Origin: an uncultured Algibacter sp.
GTDB taxonomy: Bacteria > Bacteroidota > Bacteroidia > Flavobacteriales > Flavobacteriaceae
Length of the DNA stretch: 55,529 nt
Reading direction: 5' to 3'
NCBI RefSeq assembly: GCF_905480415.1
Contig: NZ_CAJQQI010000055.1
Span: 1 to 55,529, forward strand
The stretch's first letter is position 1; each line of letters begins with the position of its first letter. The notes beneath the pieces are model-generated. The model was given only the letters and a program-made list of their open reading frames with translations. It searched no databases and was not told where the DNA came from. Positions 19,606 through 30,603 of this stretch are shown here, piece by piece. The translations under genes and the position numbers were made by a program.

Positions 19606-19964
19606 TGAGTACGTTTACAATATTTTTAGTCCTTATAGTCGTTGTAGCATTTTTACTAATAGTCGTAATCATGGTGCAAAACCCTAAAGGTGGCGGATTA
19701 TCATCATCTTTCGGTGGTGGTGGAACACAACAATTAGGTGGTGTAAAAAAGACAACCGATTTTTTAGATAAAAGCACATGGACATTAGCAACCTTGTTGT
19801 TAGTATTAATACTATTATCTAACGTTGCTATTGACAGAGGAACAGCTAGTTTAGATTCAAAGGCATTAGATCCTGATGCTCAAACAACACAACCTTTGCC
19901 TGCACTTCCAGCAGACACAGGAAATGACACTGCCACACCTGTTGATGCTTCAACAGAAGAGTAA
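19605..19964 (+). CDS. secG: Preprotein translocase subunit SecG
   Basis: Two TMs flanking VQNPKGGGLSSSFGG; FLDKSTW. Confidence 0.95.
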   Translation: MSTFTIFLVLIVVVAFLLIVVIMVQNPKGGGLSSSFGGGGTQQLGGVKKTTDFLDKSTWTLATLLLVLILLSNVAIDRGTASLDSKALDPDAQTTQPLPALPADTGNDTATPVDASTEE

Positions 19965-19980
19965 TAATTACGAAAAAACA

Positions 19981-20011
19981 AAAAATGCCAACTTATAAGT
20001 TGGCATTTTTT
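19981..20011 (+). terminator. Intrinsic terminator after secG
   Basis: AAAAATGCCAACTT-at-AAGTTGGCATTTTTT. Confidence 0.85.
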
Positions 20012-20016
20012 GTTTC

Positions 20017-20056
20017 TGCAAGTTTGTCAGTTCCTAAGTATTGGCACATTTTTAGT
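20017..20056 (+). promoter_or_regulatory. Putative groES regulatory region: TGCAAGTTTGTCA plus sigma54-like -24 box TTGGCAC
   Basis: GG at 20043-20044 and G at 20055 fit -24/-12 spacing (GT in place of GC); no CIRCE and no TAnnTTTG seen before groES. Confidence 0.4.
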
Positions 20057-20102
20057 ACAAAACCTAAGGGTTAATAAAATTTAAAATATAAACATATAGA
20101 CA

Positions 20103-20378
20103 ATGGCACTAAACATTAAACCATTAGCAGATAGAGTTCTTATTGAGCCTGCTGCCGCTGAAACAAAAACAGCATCAGGAATTATAATTCCAGACAATGC
20201 TAAAGAAAAACCGCAAAAAGGAACTGTTGTAGCCGCCGGACCTGGCACAAAAGACGAGCCTATTACTGTTAAGGTTGGCGACACTGTTTTATATGGTAAA
20301 TACGCAGGAACAGAATTAAAGCTTGAAGGCAACGATTATTTAATCATGCGTGAAAGTGACATATTAGCTATTATATAA
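20103..20378 (+). CDS. groES: Co-chaperonin GroES
   Basis: [34 protein letters not shown]. Confidence 0.98.
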   Translation: MALNIKPLADRVLIEPAAAETKTASGIIIPDNAKEKPQKGTVVAAGPGTKDEPITVKVGDTVLYGKYAGTELKLEGNDYLIMRESDILAII

Positions 20379-20411
20379 ATGGCCTTTAGCTTAAACTAAA
20401 ACTATTATTAA

Positions 20412-22091
<1,680 letters not shown>

Positions 22092-22117
22092 TGGCGAATC
22101 GCCATAAATAAATAATT

Positions 22118-22154
22118 AAAAACGCTTCCAAATTATTGGAAGCGTTTTTTTTTT
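22118..22154 (+). terminator. Intrinsic terminator after groEL (probably bidirectional)
   Basis: AAAAACGCTTCCAA-atta-TTGGAAGCGTTTTTTTTTT. Confidence 0.9.
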
Positions 22155-22249
22155 GTGAAATTCGCTAAAGATTTATCTTTTTTAATTTGATTTTCAATAA
22201 AGAAGAACAAGTCTATTGCTTTTAATCTTATAGAATTCTGGTAGACATT

Positions 22250-23134
22250 TTAATCTACAGTAAACAAATTATAATTTCTAGACCATTCAATTGATTCGCC
22301 CGGTTTTATAAATATATTAAAAAACAACTCCGGACTAATCACGTGTTTCCAACCCCAAAGATTCACTTTATCTGTTTTGAAACTTCCAACTTCACTAATT
22401 CCAATTTTACTTTTAAGGTTTATTAACTCCCACTCTGCATCAACTTTTTCACTACCATTAAGGAAACTAAAAAAGAATGGTTCTTTAGGCGAGCCATTAA
22501 ATTTAATGTCATTTATGCCAATATCAACTTTTTGTTCAAGGTTAACAGTCTCCCCGAATAACTTAGGTTTTAATTGAAACGGGAATTTCAATATGTAATC
22601 ACTACCTATCAAATCTTTATTTATTGCTGTAAAATTATGACAGTATTCATTTGTAACAATATCTTTTTTGCCTGTGTTTTCTAAATAATATTTAATAGTA
22701 AAGCTACTGTCATGTAATTCAATCTCTTTTTTTAACAAATACGAATAACCACAAACAGTATCTGATTTGCAGCTAATTATAATTTTATTTGATTTAGCAA
22801 CAACTTTAAATTCGGCTGGTTTAATCTCATAATTCTTATTGAACAAGTATTGATTATCATCTTTTTTTAAAAGCCCCACACCTATTTTATGAAACCAACC
22901 ACCTACCTCAGCTTCATCAAAACCTAACGCTGTATCAATTCCAAATTCATTATAAAATCCTTTCCCGAAATAATTTTTATTTTGACAATCAGTGATTTCG
23001 ACACTTGATAATTGAATATCTTTAAATTTTACTTTAATAATTTTTCCAGTCCAATCAAATCTTGAAAAATTATAATTTTCAAAAGGTGTGTCAATATGAA
23101 GCTCTAGGTTTTCATTTTTAAGTATATGTGCCAT
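22250..23134 (-). CDS. Hypothetical protein, possibly galactose-mutarotase/aldose-epimerase-like
   Basis: 294-aa beta-rich ORF with SRFDWTG, EYCHNF and ISPE motifs; fold guess is tentative. Confidence 0.5.
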   Translation of the reverse strand: MAHILKNENLELHIDTPFENYNFSRFDWTGKIIKVKFKDIQLSSVEITDCQNKNYFGKGFYNEFGIDTALGFDEAEVGGWFHKIGVGLLKKDDNQYLFNKNYEIKPAEFKVVAKSNKIIISCKSDTVCGYSYLLKKEIELHDSSFTIKYYLENTGKKDIVTNEYCHNFTAINKDLIGSDYILKFPFQLKPKLFGETVNLEQKVDIGINDIKFNGSPKEPFFFSFLNGSEKVDAEWELINLKSKIGISEVGSFKTDKVNLWGWKHVISPELFFNIFIKPGESIEWSRNYNLFTVD

Positions 23135-23233
23135 ATTAATATAAAAAAGAATTAATTAAGTATTAAGGGTCATGTTTTAATTAGAATTTTAACAAAGTTA
23201 TATTTTTTCATAAAATCAAGCTTAAGAAAAACT

Positions 23234-23264
23234 AAAAAAGCCCAGACAAATTGTTTGGGCTTTT
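23234..23264 (-). terminator. Terminator of the metal operon
   Basis: AAAAAAGCCCAGACA-aat-TGTTTGGGCTTTT. Confidence 0.7.
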
Positions 23265-23313
23265 AAAATCCAGAATTAGACATCTAATGATTATGCCCAA
23301 CATTCTTTTTATG

Positions 23314-23673
23314 TTATTCTGCTGCTTCGTGCTCATCTTTTACTTCTTCATCCCGATATTTACAACACGCATGCACCGTTGCGTAAGCTTCATCTGTAGC
23401 TTTTACATTTTTAGTGTCATGTCCTGCAGCTAACACCTGTTTTTCAATGGTTTCCATATCTGTTTTACGGGCATCATATATCAAATTTAATTCGTGTGTA
23501 TCAATACTCCATTGTGCAAATTTCACACCTTTAGTATTCAAACACGCCTTTTCAATTCGTGCTTTACACATGCCGCAAATACCATCAACTTCCATAGAAG
23601 CTTTGGCGTTTTTATTTTGTGCAAAAGTTAATGTTCCCGTTAGCATTAAAGCTATAATTAATAATTTCTTCAT
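23314..23673 (-). CDS. Secreted heavy-metal-associated (HMA) domain protein
   Basis: Signal peptide (TFA-Q), GICGMC metal-binding motif, C-terminal HACC. Confidence 0.88.
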   Translation of the reverse strand: MKKLLIIALMLTGTLTFAQNKNAKASMEVDGICGMCKARIEKACLNTKGVKFAQWSIDTHELNLIYDARKTDMETIEKQVLAAGHDTKNVKATDEAYATVHACCKYRDEEVKDEHEAAE

Positions 23674-23679
23674 TTTTAT

Positions 23680-25920
23680 CTATTTTATTTTAAATCGTAA
23701 TCCCGCGAAATACATACTTCCAAAAATTGGGCCATATACAAACGTACTATCAAAATTCCCTCCAAATGGGGCATCTGCTCCTAAAATCGGGTTGGGTTGC
23801 CTCAAATTAGTGATGTTTTCACCTCCTAAATATACTTCAAATTTTGGAGAAAACACTTTGGTTATTTGAGCGCTTAACGTTGCAACATTTGGTGTTCTTT
23901 CTGGTAATTGATATTGAACAGGGTTACTAGTTGTAGACGCGTAACGTTGGTTACTTAACCAGTTAAATGTAGCATCAAATTTCCAACGCCCAAGTTGTCC
24001 TTCTTCTTGATGTGTTTTATAACCAACATTGGCAAATAAACGATGCTTAGCTGTTAAAGGCCTTTCCAACCTGCCAGAATTATAATCGGTTTTTACATCG
24101 TAATATTTATATGCCATTCGCAAATCGAAATACTGAAAAGGATTATAGTTAAATTCTACCTGAAAACTATTGGCAAAACTTTTCCCTTCTAGGTTATAAA
24201 AACTAACCTCAGTAGGATTTTCCCAATCCACTACAATTTGGTTTTTAAAATCGGTTTTATAATAATCTAAAGTAATATCCGCTTTTCTTCCAAATAAATT
24301 AAACCCTTGTAGATATGAAAATCCGTAATTCCATGCTATTTCTGGATCTAATCCATAAATATTCCCACCCGAATTGAAAATATTAATCTGTCTTGATGTT
24401 GAGAACATTTGCTGATTTTCGGTAAAAATATTGGCACTTCGTTTTCCTCTTCCAAAAGATGCTCTAAATGCAGATTTACCCCAAGGTGAATACCTCGCAT
24501 GAACTCTTGGTGTTATAAATGTCCCTAATAAATTATGATGATCAATACGAACACCTGCGGTAAGATTCAACAATTCTAAATCATCGAAACTATACTCAAA
24601 AAATGCTCCGACTGAGTTTTCTGTTCTTTTGTAATCTGTTGTATTGACTAATTCATCATATTGGTCATAGGTATAACTTACCCCTGTTTTTATTTTATGC
24701 CTAGAATCGCTAATAATAGAGTTATAAAGAGCATTAGCATATAAACTATTATGTTTAATATCATATACATTCAAACCAAAATAGGATTCTTGCTTATGAC
24801 TACTATAAGCCGCTTGAACACCGAGACTTTGCCATGGCACATTTGGATTAACATAACCGAATTTAGCAGCCACTTCATAACGCCTTGTATCGATTTCGCT
24901 ACCCCAATTATTAGTGGACAGTTTATCAGTATTTGGATTGAAATCTAATTCACCCGTTTGTTTTTCATCATTTAAAAATTTCAAATTAATAAAGCTTACA
25001 AAACCTTTTTTAGTATCTATATATTGCCAACGGTTCATTAAATTAATCTGATCAAATTTTGGCATATCCAAAAATCCATCATTATTCACATCGTGTTCTT
25101 TATTGTGAGTATTTCCATGGATATATAATCCTGTATGCCACTTATCATTTACTTTGGTGTTAATGTGTGTATTTAGTTCTAAACGCTCACTTGTCGCACC
25201 ATACAAGTTGACAAACAACTTATCATCAGTTGATGGCTTTACCAATTCCGCGTTTATCTGTCCCGCGATACTCTCAAAACCATTTACCACACTCCCCGCC
25301 CCTTTGGTAATTTGAATACTTTCAACCCAAGTACCTGGAATAAAACTTAACCCGTAGGCTTGTGAAGCACCTCGAATGGAAGGAATATTTTCCGTAGCAA
25401 TTAAAATATACGGACTTGTTAATCCTAACATTTTTATTTGACGGGTTCCTGAAATAGCATCGGCAAAATTAACATCAATAGACGGATTAGTTTCAAAGCT
25501 TTCAGATAGGTTACAGCAGGCTGCTTTTAATAATTCGTCACTACTCACATTTATTACATTTGTAGCCTTAAAATAAGATTTTGCAGTAGTCTGTTTCCTT
25601 GACTTCAATGTAACAGTGTCTAAATCATCAGTAGATTGTAACCAATGTTTTATTATTTTCGGAGCATTAATAGTTAGCGTATCCGTTTTAAAGCCCACGT
25701 AACTTATAACCAATTTATTGTATTCTGATTTGTATGATAGCGCGAAGTTACCATCAATATCGGTTACTGTTCCAACTTCAGTACCCAACCAATACACGTT
25801 AGCTCCAGCTAAGCCTATCTCTTGGTTTTTATCGTTTGATTCCAATATGACTCCTGAAATACTTCCTTGGGAAAAAACTATAGTCGGAACTAGTAATAGT
25901 ATATATAAAATTTGTTTCAT
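23680..25920 (-). CDS. TonB-dependent receptor (putative metal uptake)
   Basis: Signal peptide, CarboxypepD-like N-domain, plug with KAACCNLSESFE, IQITKGAGSV, C-terminal GLRFKIK. Confidence 0.92.
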   Translation of the reverse strand: MKQILYILLLVPTIVFSQGSISGVILESNDKNQEIGLAGANVYWLGTEVGTVTDIDGNFALSYKSEYNKLVISYVGFKTDTLTINAPKIIKHWLQSTDDLDTVTLKSRKQTTAKSYFKATNVINVSSDELLKAACCNLSESFETNPSIDVNFADAISGTRQIKMLGLTSPYILIATENIPSIRGASQAYGLSFIPGTWVESIQITKGAGSVVNGFESIAGQINAELVKPSTDDKLFVNLYGATSERLELNTHINTKVNDKWHTGLYIHGNTHNKEHDVNNDGFLDMPKFDQINLMNRWQYIDTKKGFVSFINLKFLNDEKQTGELDFNPNTDKLSTNNWGSEIDTRRYEVAAKFGYVNPNVPWQSLGVQAAYSSHKQESYFGLNVYDIKHNSLYANALYNSIISDSRHKIKTGVSYTYDQYDELVNTTDYKRTENSVGAFFEYSFDDLELLNLTAGVRIDHHNLLGTFITPRVHARYSPWGKSAFRASFGRGKRSANIFTENQQMFSTSRQINIFNSGGNIYGLDPEIAWNYGFSYLQGFNLFGRKADITLDYYKTDFKNQIVVDWENPTEVSFYNLEGKSFANSFQVEFNYNPFQYFDLRMAYKYYDVKTDYNSGRLERPLTAKHRLFANVGYKTHQEEGQLGRWKFDATFNWLSNQRYASTTSNPVQYQLPERTPNVATLSAQITKVFSPKFEVYLGGENITNLRQPNPILGADAPFGGNFDSTFVYGPIFGSMYFAGLRFKIK

Positions 25921-26643
25921 TTAATTACAGGTTTTAATTAGCATCACAATAGCCATTACTATCATAATACTATTTTCAATAAAAGTTGCTTTAGTCATAG
26001 GAAGCTTTAGGGCGGTTCCTAAGCAGGCACATTGAATTGACTTCTTATCAAGCAATGTTTTTGTAACTCCAATAGTGGTGATTCCTAAAACAATTAAGGT
26101 TATAATCAATGCTATTGGAGTTTCAATTCGCATTAAAAACATAACACCAAGAGCAACTTCTATAAAAGGATAAACCCAACCATATAAGGGTATTACTTTA
26201 GCTATTGGATCATACATTTTGAATGATTCTGGAAACCCTTTTAAGTCTAGTAGCTTAAAAAAGCTAAAAACTACATAAAAAAGCCCCATAAAATCAAGCA
26301 TAAATCCATTAATATCCCAAGGGTTTTTATTTAGTAAAGCAGATGCTATAATAATATAAGCAAATATTAAAAACAGTGGAAATAGTTGATGTAAATCACT
26401 TTTTTCTTTGTCTATAGAGCTTGAAGTTGTTTTAAAAATATTTTTTTCTGAAATTGAATATTTATCAGATAATGCCATTTGTAGTTGTTCAGTTGAAATG
26501 TGATTTGACATTTCAATAATAGCTTCGGATGTTTCTAAATTAACTGAAGCCTTTTCAACTTCTGGAAGTGCGTTTAATTTGTCTTCCACAGAAGTTCTGC
26601 AACCATCACAGGTCATACCTGTAATTATATATGTATGTTTCAT
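25921..26643 (-). CDS. HMA domain fused to a MauE/DoxX-like membrane domain
   Basis: GMTCDGC HMA motif; TM helices; CACLG motif. Confidence 0.85.
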   Translation of the reverse strand: MKHTYIITGMTCDGCRTSVEDKLNALPEVEKASVNLETSEAIIEMSNHISTEQLQMALSDKYSISEKNIFKTTSSSIDKEKSDLHQLFPLFLIFAYIIIASALLNKNPWDINGFMLDFMGLFYVVFSFFKLLDLKGFPESFKMYDPIAKVIPLYGWVYPFIEVALGVMFLMRIETPIALIITLIVLGITTIGVTKTLLDKKSIQCACLGTALKLPMTKATFIENSIMIVMAIVMLIKTCN

Positions 26644-26742
26644 TTTGAAATTTAATTTGAATTAATAAATCTTTTTATATTTCCGCGAAAGCGAAAAGAC
26701 AATAAAATTCTCTTCATAAAGGGAATAACAAAAATCTATATA

Positions 26743-27144
26743 TCAAATGATAAAAACCTGATCTAAAACCTGAATATCGGAGACCAAATTAGGGGGAGAA
26801 TAATCTTTATGAAGAATCGTTTGTTTTGGTGAACTCTCAAAAAGATGTACGTATGAATAAGTGAATACGGTTATAACTTGTTGTTGCTCAAAATCTAGAT
26901 CTTCAAATGCTGACACTTTTAATTCATCTTGACCTTCGACAATAGCTATCTCATCTTTACAACACGTCTTCTTTTTAAGGATTTCTAAAGGTTCCATAGC
27001 ACATTTCTCAGCTTCAACAAACATTGAAACATCTACTAATACGTCACCGCAAAAATGCTTTTCAATAGTAAAAGAAACCGTTGAAAATAATACTAGCAAT
27101 GCCATTACAGCAGAAAAACCTTTATTTAACAATCGTTTATTCAC
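26743..27144 (-). CDS. HYC_CC_PP family protein
   Basis: N-terminal hydrophobic segment, H30-F-C32, C48, C61-C62, YSPP at 115-118; heads a TonB/HMA operon. Confidence 0.85.
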   Translation of the reverse strand: MNKRLLNKGFSAVMALLVLFSTVSFTIEKHFCGDVLVDVSMFVEAEKCAMEPLEILKKKTCCKDEIAIVEGQDELKVSAFEDLDFEQQQVITVFTYSYVHLFESSPKQTILHKDYSPPNLVSDIQVLDQVFII

Positions 27145-27148
27145 AAAG

Positions 27149-27156
27149 CAAAAGTA
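27149..27156 (-). promoter_or_regulatory. -7 box TACTTTTG 4 nt upstream of the GTG start (leaderless mRNA)
   Basis: Minus strand TACTTTTG-CTTT-GTG. Confidence 0.65.
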
Positions 27157-27210
27157 TAAAAAACAAAAGCTTTAATAAGATTTTTATCTAATGTTTAACA
27201 TATAAAGCTT

Positions 27211-27639
27211 TCAGTTTTTAATCTTATGATAGTAAAACGCGGGTAATAGCAGAATTAAAAATATAGGCTGAATTAAAAAACGTCGAACATTAAAAAACAA
27301 ATAATAATCTTCTTGATTAGGGTTAACTACAAAATATAAGTAGAGAACCATAAGAACAACAAAAGCAATAGCATAAATGAGTACCGAAAATTTAATAATG
27401 CTTTTATCTTTAAAAACCACAAATAAAATAGCCAATGAAATAAGCGTGTTTAAAACAAAACGTAACGTTGTAAAACCAAATACTTTTGCCACTTCACGCC
27501 TAGGGCTATCCATGTATAAATAATCATTTTGAAAGAACTCAAGATAAGGATCGTAAAACAAAACGTCTTCAAAAAAACGAATCAAAATCAGCATCATCAC
27601 TAATATTAAAAGCAGAATGTATTTAGTTACTTTATGCAT
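27211..27639 (-). CDS. Exosortase F system-associated membrane protein
   Basis: LFYDPYL and RRFLIQPIFLILLLPAFYY motifs; overlaps the xrtF stop. Confidence 0.85.
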   Translation of the reverse strand: MHKVTKYILLLILVMMLILIRFFEDVLFYDPYLEFFQNDYLYMDSPRREVAKVFGFTTLRFVLNTLISLAILFVVFKDKSIIKFSVLIYAIAFVVLMVLYLYFVVNPNQEDYYLFFNVRRFLIQPIFLILLLPAFYYHKIKN

Positions 27640-28183
27640 TATTCTTATTCAATTTTGAAAATCTATTTACCCAAAATATCCAAAGTAAAAATACCATTCC
27701 ATATATAATACCAGGGAAAATAACGGTATGCAAAACATCACTATATTCTGGGTAATGATACAACCCTAAGGTTAAAATAACTATTCGCAATAGGTTTACT
27801 GCGTAAATCAAAACACTTCCAGAAAGTATATAGAAAAAAGTAGTTTTTAATTTTCCTGAAAAGGCAACTATAAACGAAAGAAATAAAATAACAACACTAA
27901 TAGCGTTGCAGCCTTCTATGATTCGTGCTAAATACTTACCATTTAAAATCAATTTCATTGATGGTTCAGCCGGGTGAGGCACGACTTGCGTTTGATAACC
28001 AAAAGAATTCAGTAACGTTTCAATTTGTAAAGAAACCAAATTAGTCATATAGTCTGGGTAAAACTTTGAGCCATGAGAATATTGTAGATATAATTTATTA
28101 ACCACAGACAACAATGCATATACCAACAAAAACGTAAGGATGAATTTTATTACCGACTTGTATTTTATAAAAAGTGAATTCAA
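27632..28183 (-). CDS. xrtF: Exosortase family protein XrtF
   Basis: ARIIEGCNA (Cys), NLLRI (Arg), VLHTVIFP (His); multi-TM. Confidence 0.9.
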   Translation of the reverse strand: MNSLFIKYKSVIKFILTFLLVYALLSVVNKLYLQYSHGSKFYPDYMTNLVSLQIETLLNSFGYQTQVVPHPAEPSMKLILNGKYLARIIEGCNAISVVILFLSFIVAFSGKLKTTFFYILSGSVLIYAVNLLRIVILTLGLYHYPEYSDVLHTVIFPGIIYGMVFLLWIFWVNRFSKLNKNNA

Positions 28184-28260
28184 ATATTGAGATTAATTTT
28201 ATGACATCTGGATATCGAATTTACACCTTTTTAGATACTTTTACCAAAACTTTTGAATTT

Positions 28261-28716
28261 ATGATTTTTGAAAAACTAAAACCACAAGTAGAAACGATTA
28301 TTTTTAATACAAATAATACTATTGACGAACGTCTTCTAAGTCTTTGTGAATTACTTGAAACCCATATTGAATACTACAATTGGGTTGGTTTTTATTTTAG
28401 AAATGGTAATAAAGAAGAATTGCTTTTAGGCCCGTATGTTGGCGAACCCACAGACCATACGATCATTCCATTTGGAAAAGGTATTTGCGGACAAGTAGCA
28501 CTAAGTAATGAAAACTTTGTAGTACCGGATGTATCTGCTCAAGAAAATTATATTGCCTGTAGCATTACTGTAAAAGCTGAAATTGTAGTTCCCATTTTTA
28601 TTAATGGCGAAAATATTGGTCAGATTGATATAGACTCTAATACTCCTGATCCTTTTACCAAAGCAGACGAACAGTTTTTAGAGTTTGTTTGTGAAAAAAT
28701 TGCTAAAATTTTATAG
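28261..28716 (+). CDS. GAF-domain protein, free methionine-(R)-sulfoxide reductase-like
   Basis: YNWVGFY, LGPYVG, IPFGKGICG, YIACS, EIVVP, IDIDS; start at ATG 28261. Confidence 0.85.
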   Translation: MIFEKLKPQVETIIFNTNNTIDERLLSLCELLETHIEYYNWVGFYFRNGNKEELLLGPYVGEPTDHTIIPFGKGICGQVALSNENFVVPDVSAQENYIACSITVKAEIVVPIFINGENIGQIDIDSNTPDPFTKADEQFLEFVCEKIAKIL

Positions 28717-28796
28717 TTGTTAACAACTTCTCGTTTTCGTTAAAAAATTGGAACCTTTTTCAATAATTCTGCGCTTATTTTATTAGATGAAATAGG

Positions 28797-28804
28797 TACT
28801 TTTG
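28797..28804 (+). promoter_or_regulatory. -7 box of purH
   Basis: TACTTTTG about 65 nt upstream of the ATG. Confidence 0.55.
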
Positions 28805-28869
28805 CGAATATTTAGAATAAAACCTGAGAAACATCAACAATTTCATTCCAAAACTATAAAAAAGTACCA

Positions 28870-30402
28870 ATGAGCAACGAAAAAAACATTAAATCAGCAT
28901 TAATCTCTGTATTTAGTAAAAACGGCTTAGAGCCTATTGTAAAAGAGTTAGACAAACAAGGTGTAACTATATATTCTACTGGTGGTACAGAAAAATTTAT
29001 TAATGATTTAGGCATTAAAGTTGTTCCTGTTGAAGATGTAACCTCCTATCCTTCTATTCTTGGTGGGCGTGTAAAAACATTACACCCAAAAGTTTTTGGC
29101 GGTATTTTAAACAGACAAAATCACGATGGAGATGTAGCAGAATTAGTTGAGTACGACATCCCACAGATTGATGTCGTTATTGTTGATTTATACCCTTTTG
29201 AAAAAACGGTTGCATCGGGAGCTATTAACCAAGATATTATTGAAAAAATTGATATTGGTGGTATTTCATTAATTCGTGCTGCTGCTAAAAATTATGCTGA
29301 TGTGATTTGTGTGTCCTCTGTTGATGATTATGCTGAATTTTTAGAATTAATTTCAGCAAACAATGGTACAATTTCAGAAGAAGACAGAAAGCGTTTTGCT
29401 GGTAAAGCCTTTAATGTATCTTCGCACTATGACACTGCTATTTTCAACTATTTCAACAAAAATCATGATGAAGTAGTTTTAAAAATAAGCGAAACTAATG
29501 GCAAAGTTTTACGCTACGGAGAAAACCCACACCAAAAAGGGTTTTTCTTTGGAGATTTTGATGAATTATTCACAAAACTTCACGGTAAAGAGTTAAGTTA
29601 CAATAACCTTTTAGATGTTGATGCTGCAGTTAACTTAATGCTAGAATTCACAAACGACGCACCAACATTTGCCATATTAAAACACAATAACGCTTGTGGT
29701 TTAGCACAACGCGACACGCTACACCAAGCCTATGTTGACGCTTTAGCTGGTGACCCTGTTTCGGCTTTTGGTGGGGTTTTAATAAGTAATAAAGAAATTG
29801 ATAATGCTACTGCACAAGAGATTCATAAATTATTCTGTGAAGTGGTTATCGCGCCTTCTTTTTCCGCGGAAGCCTCAGAATTACTTAAAGGCAAAAAGAA
29901 TAGAATTTTATTAGAAATCCATGAAGTAGATATGCCAAAAACAAACGTAAGAAGTTGTTTAAATGGTGTTTTAGTTCAAGATAGAAATAATATTACAGAC
30001 AAAGTAGAGGATTTAAAGAATGTGACTAACACAGCTCCTACTCAATCTCAAATTGATGATTTAATTTTTGCTTCAAAAATTTGTAAGCACACCAAATCGA
30101 ATACGATTGTTTTAGCTAAAAATAAGCAATTATGCGCTAGCGGAACCGGACAAACTAGTCGTGTTGATGCTTTAGAACAAGCTATACATAAAGCCAGTTC
30201 TTTTAAGTTTGACTTAAACGGAGCCGTTATGGCAAGCGATGCTTTTTTCCCGTTTCCAGATTGTGTAGAAATAGCGAACAATGCAGGTATTAATGCCGTA
30301 ATTCAACCAGGTGGTTCTATAAAAGATCAATTAAGTATTGATTACTGTAATGAAAATGCAGTTGCTATGGTCATGACTGGCACGCGTCATTTTAAACACT
30401 AA
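28870..30402 (+). CDS. purH: Bifunctional AICAR transformylase/IMP cyclohydrolase
   Basis: GRVKTLHP, IDIGGISLIRAAAKN, LRYGENPHQ, SDAFFPF, RHFKH. Confidence 0.98.
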   Translation: MSNEKNIKSALISVFSKNGLEPIVKELDKQGVTIYSTGGTEKFINDLGIKVVPVEDVTSYPSILGGRVKTLHPKVFGGILNRQNHDGDVAELVEYDIPQIDVVIVDLYPFEKTVASGAINQDIIEKIDIGGISLIRAAAKNYADVICVSSVDDYAEFLELISANNGTISEEDRKRFAGKAFNVSSHYDTAIFNYFNKNHDEVVLKISETNGKVLRYGENPHQKGFFFGDFDELFTKLHGKELSYNNLLDVDAAVNLMLEFTNDAPTFAILKHNNACGLAQRDTLHQAYVDALAGDPVSAFGGVLISNKEIDNATAQEIHKLFCEVVIAPSFSAEASELLKGKKNRILLEIHEVDMPKTNVRSCLNGVLVQDRNNITDKVEDLKNVTNTAPTQSQIDDLIFASKICKHTKSNTIVLAKNKQLCASGTGQTSRVDALEQAIHKASSFKFDLNGAVMASDAFFPFPDCVEIANNAGINAVIQPGGSIKDQLSIDYCNENAVAMVMTGTRHFKH

Positions 30403-30603
30403 TGGTCCGTATACTTTAAATTTTTCAATGCTTTTAAACTAAAAATTCAACGATTTCTTATAGTCTAAAATTCGATGAATAACGTATAAGAATCACATCC
30501 TTTATTTTAACAAGAATTTGAACCTCTTAAAAGGCATATATTTATTAACTTTTATTACATTTACGTGATTCGTTTTTAAACCACTTAAAAATTTTAATAG
30601 CAC

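Noticed and set aside
19981-20011. Inverted repeat upstream of groES as a possible CIRCE
   Set aside because: Does not match TTAGCACTC-N9-GAGTGCTAA; it has the A/U tracts of the secG terminator
26679-26726. Small hairpins (CGC-GAAA-GCG; ATTCTCTT/AAGGGAAT) after the HYC_CC_PP gene as a riboswitch or terminator
   Set aside because: Stems are short and look like decayed REP-type remnants; they cannot be assigned without folding and conservation analysis
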